From an uncultured Actinomycetes bacterium (GTDB lineage Bacteria > Actinomycetota > Actinomycetes > S36-B12 > CAIYMF01), in NCBI GenBank assembly GCA_963843975.1, contig CAWJMG010000001.1, forward strand, positions 960,001-992,000: a stretch of DNA of 32,000 bases, read 5' to 3'. Both the position numbers and the translations under genes were made by a program. Shown one piece after another: positions 14,510 to 24,499 of this stretch. Numbering within the stretch: position 1 is the first letter of the stretch; the number at the start of each line of letters is the position of its first letter. The notes below the pieces were generated by a model. The model was not told the DNA's origin. It was given only the letters and a program-made list of their open reading frames with translations, and did not search any database.

Positions 14510-16012
14510 ATGACGTCGTGGTGGCCGGTCGCCGCGATCGCGGCCGTGGTGGTCGCCACGATCGTGATCGGGCTCTTCGGCGTGCGCGTGTCGCGCACGA
14601 CGTCCGACTTCCTCGTCGCCTCGCGCTCGGTGAGCCCGCTGCTCAACGCGTCAGCGATCGGCGGCGAGTACCTCTCGGCCGCGTCGTTCCTCGGTATCGC
14701 CGGCCTCGTGCTCACGTACGGCGTCGACATGCTGTGGTTCCCGGTCGGCTACACCGTCGGCTACCTGGTGCTGCTGATCCTCGTCGCGGCGCCGCTTCGG
14801 CGATCGGGCGCCTACACGCTGCCGGACTTCGCCGAGATGCGCACGCGCTCGCGCAAGGTGCGGCTCACGTCGTCGGCGCTCGTCGTCCTCATCGGATGGC
14901 TCTACCTGCTGCCTCAGCTTCAGGGCGCCGGCATCACGCTCGAGGTGCTCACGGGCGCGCCGTCGTGGGTCGGGTCGATGGTGGCGGCGGTGGTCGTCGC
15001 GATCACCGTGGCGATCGGCGGCATGCGCTCCATCACGGTCGTGCAGGCGTTCCAGTACTGGCTCAAGCTCGTGGCCATCGCGCTCCCCGCCGTGCTGATC
15101 GTCGCGGCCTGGTACCGCGACGGCGCACCGGTGTTCACCGACGGCCCGTGGGGCGAGCCGCTGTCGGGCTACGGCGGCCGCGAGTACCCGCTCTACTCGA
15201 CGTACTCGATCCTGCTCGCGACCTTCCTCGGCACCATGGGCCTGCCGCACGTGCTCGTGCGCTTCTACACCAACCCCGACGGCCGGGCGGCCCGCCGTAC
15301 GACGCTCGCGGTGCTCGGCCTGCTGAGCCTGTTCTACGTCTTCCCGCCCGTGCTCGGCGCGCTCGGCCGGGTGTACGCGCCCGAGCTCGCAGGCACCGAC
15401 CGCGCCGACACCGTGGTGCTGCTGCTGCCCTCCCTCGTCTTCGACGGGTGGCTCGGGCAGTCGCTCTCGGCGCTCGTGGCCGCCGGAGCGTTCGCGGCGT
15501 TCCTGTCGACCGCCAGCGGCCTGTCGGTGTCGGTGGCCGGCGTCCTGAGCCAGGACCTGCTGCAGCACGAGGGCCGTCTCGGTGACGGCGTACGCCGCTT
15601 CCGCCTCGGCACGGTGATCGCCGTCCTCGTGCCGTTCCTTCTCGCGCTGGTGGCGGGCCGCGCGAACCTCGCGCAGACGGTCACGCTCGCGTTCGCCGTC
15701 GCGGCCTCGACGTTCTGCCCGCTGCTCGTGCTCGGCATCTGGTGGCCGCGCCTCACGACCCGTGGCGCCCTCGCAGCCCTCTGGGTCGGCGGCGGCACGG
15801 CGCTCGGCGCGGTCGTGGTCGTGCTCGCGGCGGGGCCGTTCACCGGTGTCGCGGGCGCCCTGCTCGGCCAGCCCGCGGCCTGGACCGTGCCGCTCGCGTT
15901 CCTCGCCGCGATCGTGGTCTCGCTGCGCGGGGGCGGCGAGCGCGTCCGACGTACGGCGGACGCCGCGATGACGCGCCTGCATGCCCCGGAGGAGCTCGAG
16001 ACGAGGCTCTGA
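14510..16012 (+). CDS. Sodium:solute symporter family transporter (ActP paralog; substrate unknown, likely a monocarboxylate).
   Basis: 500 codons and polytopic. [35 protein letters not shown] matches the ActP N-terminal signature seen in the 16697 gene. Confidence 0.85.
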   Translation: MTSWWPVAAIAAVVVATIVIGLFGVRVSRTTSDFLVASRSVSPLLNASAIGGEYLSAASFLGIAGLVLTYGVDMLWFPVGYTVGYLVLLILVAAPLRRSGAYTLPDFAEMRTRSRKVRLTSSALVVLIGWLYLLPQLQGAGITLEVLTGAPSWVGSMVAAVVVAITVAIGGMRSITVVQAFQYWLKLVAIALPAVLIVAAWYRDGAPVFTDGPWGEPLSGYGGREYPLYSTYSILLATFLGTMGLPHVLVRFYTNPDGRAARRTTLAVLGLLSLFYVFPPVLGALGRVYAPELAGTDRADTVVLLLPSLVFDGWLGQSLSALVAAGAFAAFLSTASGLSVSVAGVLSQDLLQHEGRLGDGVRRFRLGTVIAVLVPFLLALVAGRANLAQTVTLAFAVAASTFCPLLVLGIWWPRLTTRGALAALWVGGGTALGAVVVVLAAGPFTGVAGALLGQPAAWTVPLAFLAAIVVSLRGGGERVRRTADAAMTRLHAPEELETRL

Positions 16013-16230
16013 GCCGTAGCGGCACCGCTGTGGAAACGCCTGTGCCGCAACTGTTCACGCGACCGACACGTCTGCGGGACGCGCCTGCCGCTCAGCGCAC
16101 GCAGCCGACCGTTCGGCGCAGCCCGACGGGCCGGCAGCCGCCTCTCGGCTCTCGACCACCACCTCACGGCGAGGTGGTCCCCGCTTCCCGTTCCGCCCCG
16201 GTGCCGTGGCACCCACACTCCTCAACGCCG

Positions 16231-16246
16231 GGTGACTCAGGTCACA
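16231..16246. promoter_or_regulatory. CRP/GlxR-type operator candidate GGTGA-CTCAGG-TCACA.
   Basis: It matches 9 of the 10 specified positions of TGTGA-N6-TCACA. It lies 46 nt upstream of the DUF485 GTG in a 279-bp intergenic region. A Crp gene is encoded at 28756. Confidence 0.5.
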
Positions 16247-16291
16247 CGCGCACTGTCCATCTCGATCGGACGTCCGACCGGAGGAGTCCCA

Positions 16292-16693
16292 GTGAGCTCT
16301 ACCCAAGACATGCACGAGGATCCGTACCTCGTCGTCGAGCGGAGCCCCAAGTTCCGTGACCTGCGCAGCCGCTACCGCCGCTTCATCTTCCCGATGGGCG
16401 CACTGTTCATGGCCTGGTACCTGCTGCTCATCTACTGCGCGGGATGGCAGCGCGAGTGGATGGCCAAGCCCGTCTTCGGCTCGATCACCATCGGCTTCGT
16501 GTTCGCGCTGCTGCAGTTCATCAGCACGTTCGCGATCGCGATCGCCTACACGCGGTACGCCGACAAGCACATCGACCCCGAGGCCACCGAGCTCAAGGCC
16601 GAGGTCGAGCGCCTCGACGCGCTGCGCGGCGCTCACCCCACCCACACGTCGGACGAGGAGCTCCTCGAGGCCGACCTGAGCACGGGAGCCTGA
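16292..16693 (+). CDS. DUF485 (YjcH-like) inner-membrane protein, the usual partner of ActP.
   Basis: 133 codons from the GTG at 16292, preceded by GGAGGAG. It has SPKFRDLRSRYRRFIFPMGALFMAWYLLL plus a second TM helix. It sits immediately upstream of actP. Confidence 0.85.
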   Translation: MSSTQDMHEDPYLVVERSPKFRDLRSRYRRFIFPMGALFMAWYLLLIYCAGWQREWMAKPVFGSITIGFVFALLQFISTFAIAIAYTRYADKHIDPEATELKAEVERLDALRGAHPTHTSDEELLEADLSTGA

Positions 16694-16696
16694 CCA

Positions 16697-18301
16697 GTGA
16701 CCACGACCCTCGCAGCCGCGATCACCAGCGACTCGCAGCGGATCCTCGCGATCGTGCTCTTCCTCGTCTTCGTCGGCATCACGCTCGGCATCACCGTCGT
16801 GATGGGCCGCAAGACCAAGAACGCCGAAGACTTCTACGCGGCCGGTCGTTCGATCGGCGGCATCCAGAACGGCATCGCGATCTCCGGCGACTACATGTCG
16901 GCCGCCTCGTTCCTCGGCATCGCAGGACTCATCGCCCTCTACGGCTACGACGGCTTCCTCTACAGCGTCGGCTTCCTCGTCGCGTACCTCGTCGTCCTGC
17001 TGTTCGTGGCCGAGCCGCTGCGCAACTCCGGCAAGTTCACGATGGCCGACGTGCTGGCCTACCGCCTCCGCCAGCGCCCGGTGCGCACGGCGGCGTCGAT
17101 CTCGACGCTCACCATCTCGCTGTTCTACCTGCTCGCGCAGATGGCCGGCGCCGGTGCGCTCGTCTCGCTCCTGCTCGGCATCACGTCCGACGCCGGCAAG
17201 AGCCTCACCATCGCCGCGGTCGGCGCGCTGATGATCGTCTACGTGATCGTCGGCGGCATGAAGGCGACGACCTGGGTGCAGATCATCAAGGCGCTGCTGC
17301 TCATGGGCGGCACGATCCTGATCTCGGTGCTCGTCCTGATGAAGTTCAACTTCAACGTCTCGACGATGCTCACCGCGGCCCAGGACGCCAGCGGCAACCC
17401 GAACTTCCTCGCGCCCGGCAACAAGTACAAGGACCCGGTCGACCTGCTGTCGCTCGGCCTCGCGCTCGTGCTCGGCACGGCGGGCCTGCCGCACATCCTC
17501 ACGCGCTTCTACACCGTTCCCACCGCGCGTGCGGCCCGTACGTCGGTCAACTGGGCCATCGGCATCATCGGCGCCTTCTACATCATGACGACGTTCCTCG
17601 GCTTCGGTGCCGCGGCGCTCGTCGGCTCCCAGGCCATCACCGAGGCGGACAAGGGCGGCAACTCCGCGGCGCCCCTGCTCGCGCAGTTCCTCGGGGGCGG
17701 CGCCGGCTCGGTCGGCGGCACGGTGCTCATGTCGGTCATCTGCGCCGTCGCCTTCGCGACGATCCTCGCGGTGGTCGCCGGCCTGACGCTGGCCTCGAGC
17801 TCGTCGTTCGCGCACGACTTCTACGGCAACGTCATCAAGAAGGGCACGGCGACCGGGGCCGAGGAGGTCAAGGTGGCGCGTTTCGCGACCATCGCGATCG
17901 GCATCCTCGCGATCGTCCTCGGGATCCTGGCCCAGAAGCAGAACATCGCGTTCCTCGTGGGGCTTGCCTTCGCGGTGGCGGCGTCGGCGAACCTGCCGAC
18001 GATCCTGTTCTCGCTGTTCTGGAAGCGCTTCACCACCCGCGGCGCGGTGTGGGGCATCTACGGCGGTCTCGCCATGGCCCTGATCCTCGTCGTCATCTCC
18101 CCGGTCGGGTTCGGCACCCCGACGTCGCTGTTCTCCACGACGACGCCGGCGCTGTTCCCGCTCAACAACCCGGGCCTCATCTCCATCCCGTTCGGCTTCT
18201 TCTGCGCCTGGCTCGGCACGATGACCGGTCGCGAGGAGACGAGCGAGGAGAAGTACCCCGAGCTCGAGGTGCGGGCCCTGACAGGGGCCGGCGCGCACTG
18301 A
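16697..18301 (+). CDS. actP: Cation/acetate symporter ActP (SSF family).
   Basis: 534 codons with a GTG start 3 nt after the DUF485 stop. It has [49 protein letters not shown] and [16 protein letters not shown]. The DUF485-actP-acs arrangement supports the call. Confidence 0.9.
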   Translation: MTTTLAAAITSDSQRILAIVLFLVFVGITLGITVVMGRKTKNAEDFYAAGRSIGGIQNGIAISGDYMSAASFLGIAGLIALYGYDGFLYSVGFLVAYLVVLLFVAEPLRNSGKFTMADVLAYRLRQRPVRTAASISTLTISLFYLLAQMAGAGALVSLLLGITSDAGKSLTIAAVGALMIVYVIVGGMKATTWVQIIKALLLMGGTILISVLVLMKFNFNVSTMLTAAQDASGNPNFLAPGNKYKDPVDLLSLGLALVLGTAGLPHILTRFYTVPTARAARTSVNWAIGIIGAFYIMTTFLGFGAAALVGSQAITEADKGGNSAAPLLAQFLGGGAGSVGGTVLMSVICAVAFATILAVVAGLTLASSSSFAHDFYGNVIKKGTATGAEEVKVARFATIAIGILAIVLGILAQKQNIAFLVGLAFAVAASANLPTILFSLFWKRFTTRGAVWGIYGGLAMALILVVISPVGFGTPTSLFSTTTPALFPLNNPGLISIPFGFFCAWLGTMTGREETSEEKYPELEVRALTGAGAH

Positions 18302-18307
18302 GCCGCG

Positions 18308-18341
18308 CGGGGCGCGTCGTTCGAGAGCGACGCGCCCCGCC
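18308..18341 (+). terminator. 13-bp perfect GC hairpin 7 nt after the actP stop.
   Basis: GCGGGGCGCGTCG pairs with CGACGCGCCCCGC around an 8-nt loop. There is no U-tract. Confidence 0.5.
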
Positions 18342-18350
18342 GGCCTCGCC

Positions 18351-18382
18351 GAGGTGCCCCGGGCCCATCCGGGGCACCTCGG
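18351..18382 (+). terminator. Second 13-bp perfect GC hairpin, in tandem with the hairpin at 18308-18341.
   Basis: CGAGGTGCCCCGG pairs with CCGGGGCACCTCG around the 6-nt loop GCCCAT. Its function is unknown (terminator, attenuator or stabiliser). Confidence 0.4.
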
Positions 18383-18498
18383 TCGCACGCTGAGCGGGGC
18401 AGTCCCCACGTGCAACCTCCCTGCAACCCCACCCTGCGGTAGAAACGACATCGGATCTCCCCGTCGGCACCGTGCCGACCCCAGCACCGAGGAGCGAC

Positions 18499-20457
<1,959 letters not shown>

Positions 20458-20485
20458 GCTCCCGACCTCCCCGCGGCCCGACCTC

Positions 20486-20517
20486 GTGCGGCCCGTCCCT
20501 TCGGGGGCGGGCCGCAC
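20486..20517 (+). terminator. 14-bp stem / TTCG-tetraloop hairpin 28 nt after the acs stop.
   Basis: GTGCGGCCCGTCCC-TTCG-GGGGCGGGCCGCAC, with one G-U pair. There is no U-tract. Confidence 0.55.
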
Positions 20518-20640
20518 GTCACGTATGGCAGGGTGGACGGCGGTGAGCCGGGAAGCCTGGTCGGCGCGGTGCCGCGGTCGCGGATCCGCTCGTCGTACGC
20601 ACGCGCCCCGCACCGCCAGGGCCGACCCCACGGAGGTCTC

Positions 20641-22011
20641 GTGAGCGAGCCGAACGTCGTCTTCGACCGTCTGCCGCTCAGCGAGCGCTCCTACGTCCTG
20701 CGCGCCCTGCGCAACGAGACGGTCGGCGGCGTGCTCCTGCTCGCTGCCGCGGTGATCGCCCTCGTGTGGGCCAACTCGCCCTGGCGCGACGCGTACACCG
20801 AGCTCACCCAGGTCGTCGTCGGCCCGGCCGCGCTGCATCTCGACCTGACCCTCGCCACCTGGGCGGCGGACGGCCTGCTCGCGGTGTTCTTCTTCGTTGC
20901 GGGCCTCGAGCTCAAGCACGAGCTCGTGCTCGGCTCCCTCTCCGACACCCGCAAGGCCGTCGTCCCCGTGGTCGCGGCGCTCGGCGGCATGGCGATGCCG
21001 GCCCTGCTGTTCACCATCACGGTGACCGCCCTCGGCGACAGCGGTGCCCGGGTCGGCTGGGGCATCCCGATGGCCACCGACATCGCCTTCGCGCTGGCGG
21101 TGCTGGCCGTCCTCGGCCGCAACCTCCCTGTGGCCCTGCGCGCGTTCCTCCTCACCCTCGCCGTGGTCGACGACCTCGGCGCGATCCTCGTGATCGCGGT
21201 CTTCTACTCGGACGGCTTCTCGCTGGTGCCGTTCCTTCTCTCGATCGCGGGCATGGGGCTGTGGTTCCTCCTGCAGCGCCTGCGCGTCGAGGGCTGGTGG
21301 GTCTACGTGCCCATCGCGCTCGTGGTGTGGGGGCTCGTGCACGCGAGCGGCATCCACGCCACCGTCGCCGGCGTCACTCTCGGCCTGCTCACCCGCGTGC
21401 ACGCCGACCCGGGCGAGCAGGAGGCTCCGGCCGACCGCTGGGAGCACTCGATCCGGCCGCTGTCGGCAGGCGTCTGCGTCCCGCTCTTCGCCTTCTTCTC
21501 CGCGGGCGTCACCTTCGTCGGCAACCCGTCGGGCGTCGGCATCCTCACCACGCCCGTCGTGGTGGCGATCGTGGTCGGCCTGGTGCTCGGCAAGCCCCTC
21601 GGCGTGCTCGGCGGCGCGTGGCTCGTCGCCCGGTTCACCCGCGCGAGCCTGTCGGCGAGCCTGCGCTGGGCCGACGTCCTCGCGGTCGGCGTGCTCGCCG
21701 GCATCGGGTTCACCGTCAGCCTGCTCATCGGCGAGCTCGCGTTCGAGACCGACCCCACCCGCCTCACCGAGGCCAAGATCGGCATCCTGTCGGCCTCGGT
21801 GCTGGCCGCCGTCCTCGCTGCGTTCGCCCTGGGCCGCCGCCGTCGGGCGTACGCCGAGATCGCGGCCCTCGAGGAGGCCGACGACGACGGCGACGGCGTG
21901 CCGGACGTGTACCGGATCATGGACGCGGGGATCGGACCTGCGGGGGGCACCGCCGCGGGCGTTCCCGGTCAGGATCCCGGCGCCGACGCGGAGGAGCCGC
22001 CGAATGGATAG
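20641..22011 (+). CDS. nhaA: NhaA-family Na+/H+ antiporter with an acidic C-terminal extension.
   Basis: 456 codons from GTG 20641, preceded by GGAGG. It has ETVGGVLLLAAAVIALVWANSPW, FFFVAGLELK and the AVVDDLGAI aspartate pair. Confidence 0.9.
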   Translation: MSEPNVVFDRLPLSERSYVLRALRNETVGGVLLLAAAVIALVWANSPWRDAYTELTQVVVGPAALHLDLTLATWAADGLLAVFFFVAGLELKHELVLGSLSDTRKAVVPVVAALGGMAMPALLFTITVTALGDSGARVGWGIPMATDIAFALAVLAVLGRNLPVALRAFLLTLAVVDDLGAILVIAVFYSDGFSLVPFLLSIAGMGLWFLLQRLRVEGWWVYVPIALVVWGLVHASGIHATVAGVTLGLLTRVHADPGEQEAPADRWEHSIRPLSAGVCVPLFAFFSAGVTFVGNPSGVGILTTPVVVAIVVGLVLGKPLGVLGGAWLVARFTRASLSASLRWADVLAVGVLAGIGFTVSLLIGELAFETDPTRLTEAKIGILSASVLAAVLAAFALGRRRRAYAEIAALEEADDDGDGVPDVYRIMDAGIGPAGGTAAGVPGQDPGADAEEPPNG

Positions 22012-22053
22012 CCTCAGGAGGCGACGTCCCAGCCCGGGACCGATCAGGAGGTC

Positions 22054-22581
22054 ATGTCCGTGAGCGAGAAGCAGTCCCTCGGGACGATGATCTCGGGGGT
22101 AACCCAGGACATCTCCACGCTGCTGCGCGGTGAGATCGAGCTGGTGAAGGCCGAGATCAGCCAGCAGGCGCGCACCGCCGCGCAGGGCTCCGGCCTCCTC
22201 GTGGGTGCGGCCGTCATCGCGGGCACCGCGGCGCTCTTCCTGCTGCTCACCTTCGCGTGGCTGCTCGACGAGTGGCTGCCCACCTGGGCGGCCTTCGGCA
22301 TCGTGACGCTCGTGCTCATCATCACCGCCGTGGTCCTGGGCCTGGTCGGCCGCAAGCAGCTCGAGCGGATCAAGGGCCTCGAGGCCTCGCCGGCGTCGAT
22401 CGAGAAGACCAAGGCGGTCCTCACGCGCAAGCCGATCCCGACCTCGCCGAGCACCGCGACGTCCAGCACGGCCACGACCACCGCGCCGGGCACCGCCGCG
22501 GCCAAGCCCAGCGCGGCAGCACCGGTGAAGCCGGCCACGCCCGCGGCACCGGCCGCGGCGCCGAAGCCGCCGACAGCCTGA
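22054..22581 (+). CDS. Holin-X / 'phage holin family'-type two-TM membrane protein with a Pro/Ala/Thr-rich tail (Rv3669-like).
   Basis: 175 codons with AGGAGG upstream. The N-terminal amphipathic segment is DISTLLRGEIELVKAEISQ. Two TM helices follow, then a low-complexity C-terminus. Confidence 0.6.
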   Translation: MSVSEKQSLGTMISGVTQDISTLLRGEIELVKAEISQQARTAAQGSGLLVGAAVIAGTAALFLLLTFAWLLDEWLPTWAAFGIVTLVLIITAVVLGLVGRKQLERIKGLEASPASIEKTKAVLTRKPIPTSPSTATSSTATTTAPGTAAAKPSAAAPVKPATPAAPAAAPKPPTA

Positions 22582-22615
22582 CCTTCCGCACTCTCACCCC
22601 TGAAGCCGCCGCACC

Positions 22616-23539
22616 GTGCTGCCTGAACCGACCGAGGTCGTCCGTCGCGACGGGCCGTGGACCCACCGCGACATCACGGCCAACGCGTGCCGGTTCCACG
22701 TCGTCGAGGCGGGCGAGGGCCCTCTCGTCGTCCTGCTGCACGGGTTCCCGACGTTCTGGTGGACGTGGCGGCACCAGCTCGTGTCCCTCGCCGCGGCCGG
22801 CTACCGCGCCGTCGCGGTCGACATGCGCGGCTACGGCGGCAGCGACCACACCCCGCACGGCTATGACCCCCTGACCCTCGCCGCCGACGTCGCCGGACTC
22901 GTGCGGACACTCGGCGAGCCGGACGCGTTCGTCGTGGGCCAGGGCTGGGGCGGACTCGTCGCCTGGACCGTCGCGGCCCGGCACCCCGAGATGACGCGCG
23001 GCATCGTGCCCGTCGCCATGGCCCACCCTGCACCGCTGCGCCACGCGTTCATGTCCGACCCGGCGCAGCGCCGCCTGGGCGGGTACGCACTGGGATTCCA
23101 GCGGCCCTTCGTGCCCGAGCGCCAGCTCACCCGGAACGACGCGGCCCTCGTGGAGCAGTACCTCCGCCGCTGGTCCGGCTCGGCGTGGCCGGACGAGGAG
23201 ACGGCGGCGGTCTACCGATCCGCGATGCTCATCCCCAACACGGCGCACTGCTCGGTGGAGTTCCACCGCTGGGCGATCCGGTCGCTCCCCCGTCGCGACG
23301 GCCGCCGCTTCCAGACCGCCGTCGCCGAGCCGGTGATCGTGCCGGTGCTGCAGATCCACGGCCTGCACGACGGCGCGATCCTGCCGAGCACCGTCGACGG
23401 CTCCGAGGCGTACGCCGGTGCCGGCTACGACCGCGTCGACCTCGAGGGCGTCGGGCACTTCCCGCAGGAGGAGGACCCGGCTGCGTTCGACGCCGTCCTC
23501 ATCCCCTGGCTCGACACCCACTCCGACATCGGCCTGTAG
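22616..23539 (+). CDS. Alpha/beta-hydrolase, epoxide-hydrolase-like (EphE/Rv3670-like), with the nucleophile motif altered.
   Basis: 307 codons, GTG start. The HGFP oxyanion motif and the C-terminal GHFPQEEDP catalytic His region are present. The nucleophile elbow reads VVGQGWGG instead of G-H-D-W-G. Confidence 0.75.
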   Translation: MLPEPTEVVRRDGPWTHRDITANACRFHVVEAGEGPLVVLLHGFPTFWWTWRHQLVSLAAAGYRAVAVDMRGYGGSDHTPHGYDPLTLAADVAGLVRTLGEPDAFVVGQGWGGLVAWTVAARHPEMTRGIVPVAMAHPAPLRHAFMSDPAQRRLGGYALGFQRPFVPERQLTRNDAALVEQYLRRWSGSAWPDEETAAVYRSAMLIPNTAHCSVEFHRWAIRSLPRRDGRRFQTAVAEPVIVPVLQIHGLHDGAILPSTVDGSEAYAGAGYDRVDLEGVGHFPQEEDPAAFDAVLIPWLDTHSDIGL

Positions 23540-23540
23540 A

Positions 23541-23557
23541 CGTCCGGGCGACGGACG
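23541..23557. terminator. Small hairpin CGTCCG-GGCGA-CGGACG filling the 19-nt gap between convergent genes.
   Basis: Read directly. The stem is 6 bp and the loop is 5 nt. Confidence 0.35.
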
Positions 23558-23558
23558 G

Positions 23559-23999
23559 TCAGAGCGCGTCGCGGCCGCCGAGGGCGGTGAGCGCGCCCAT
23601 CATCCCCGCGCGCGCGGACGCCGGGACCTCGGCGAAGTAGGCGCGGTCGGCGGCCTCGACCGCCGCGACCGCCTTGGGCGCCAGGGACTTACCGGCCCGA
23701 GTCGTGGCCACGCGGATCGCGCGCGCGTCGTCCGGGTCCTGGGTCCGGGTGACGAGGCCGGCGGCTTCGAGCGCCCGTACGACCTGGCTCGTCATCATCG
23801 GATCGGTGCCGGCGTGCTCGGCGAGGTCGCGCTGACGCGGCGGGCCGTCGTTCTCGCACAGCCACCAGGTGGAGGCGAGCAGCACGAACTGCACGTGGGT
23901 GAGCCCGAACGGCTTGAGCGTCTCGACCATGACGCGCTGCCAGCGCAGCGTCGTGCGCCACAGGAGGAAGCCGGGGCTCGTCCAGGCGTCGGTGCTCAC
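23559..23999 (-). CDS. MarR-family transcriptional regulator.
   Basis: 146 codons. The GTG at 23999 overlaps the upstream stop (GTGA). The winged-HTH region is QRDLAEHAGTDPMMTSQVVRALEAAGLVTRTQDPDDARAIRV. Confidence 0.85.
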   Translation of the reverse strand: MSTDAWTSPGFLLWRTTLRWQRVMVETLKPFGLTHVQFVLLASTWWLCENDGPPRQRDLAEHAGTDPMMTSQVVRALEAAGLVTRTQDPDDARAIRVATTRAGKSLAPKAVAAVEAADRAYFAEVPASARAGMMGALTALGGRDAL

Positions 24000-24403
24000 C
24001 CCGCCGACGCTAGCGCCGCGAGCCGCTCCATGGCCTCGGGGGTGTCCGACACGACCATCGGCCCGAGCCCGTCGGCCGCCGGGCCCTCGATCGTCACGGT
24101 GTGCGTGATCCGCGACCCGGTGCCGTGCGGCTCGATGAGGTGGCCGACGCGCAGCGTGGCCACACCCGGGATCTCGGTGATGTCGTCGAAGCGCGCGGCC
24201 TCGACCACCTCGGTGAGCGTCCAGGTCAGCGGCGGCTGGCCCTCGACCTGGAGGGTCCCCGACGACCCCGCGGCGAACGGGCCGTCGAGCGTCACCCCCT
24301 GAAGCGCCGAGTCCCACTCCAGCCAGCGCTCCACCTCGGCGTAGAAGGGCCAGATGTGCTCCGGCCGGGCCTCGCTCACCACGGTGTGGCTCCACTCGAA
24401 CAT
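23996..24403 (-). CDS. SRPBCC (START/polyketide-cyclase-like) ligand-binding protein.
   Basis: 135 codons from the ATG at 24403, preceded by GAAGGAG. MFEWSHTVVSEARPEHIWPFYAEVERWLEWD is typical of Polyketide_cyc2-type proteins. Confidence 0.7.
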   Translation of the reverse strand: MFEWSHTVVSEARPEHIWPFYAEVERWLEWDSALQGVTLDGPFAAGSSGTLQVEGQPPLTWTLTEVVEAARFDDITEIPGVATLRVGHLIEPHGTGSRITHTVTIEGPAADGLGPMVVSDTPEAMERLAALASAG

Positions 24404-24440
24404 GTCCGCTCCTTCACTATGCGCGCTCATCGAATGGAGA

Positions 24441-24470
24441 AAGATAAGCACGCATAGCGATTCGGGTCAA
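24441..24470 (-). promoter_or_regulatory. Sigma-70-like promoter TTGACC-N18-TATCTT for the SRPBCC-marR operon, overlapped by a CTATGCG/CGCATAG inverted repeat.
   Basis: The minus-strand reading is TTGACCcgaatcgctatgcgtgctTATCTT, about 35 nt upstream of the RBS. The inverted-repeat arms are at 24417-24423 and 24451-24457. This is a locally AT-richer region. Confidence 0.45.
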
Positions 24471-24499
24471 GCCCACTGCCGACCGCCCTGCAGGATCGG

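Noticed and set aside
16028-16040. CTGTGGAAACGCC resembles CTGTGGACGAAACGCC of the 3873 repeat.
   Set aside because: Only the 7-nt core and a short tail are shared, and a gap is needed. A 7-mer is expected several times by chance in 32 kb; it also occurs inside marP at about 25337, on the minus strand. It is noted but not counted as a motif copy.
16158-16178. 8-bp hairpin ACCACCTC-ACGGC-GAGGTGGT considered as a terminator for the SSF transporter operon.
   Set aside because: It lies about 145 nt downstream of the stop, is short, and has no U-tract. It is plausible but too weak to list as a feature.
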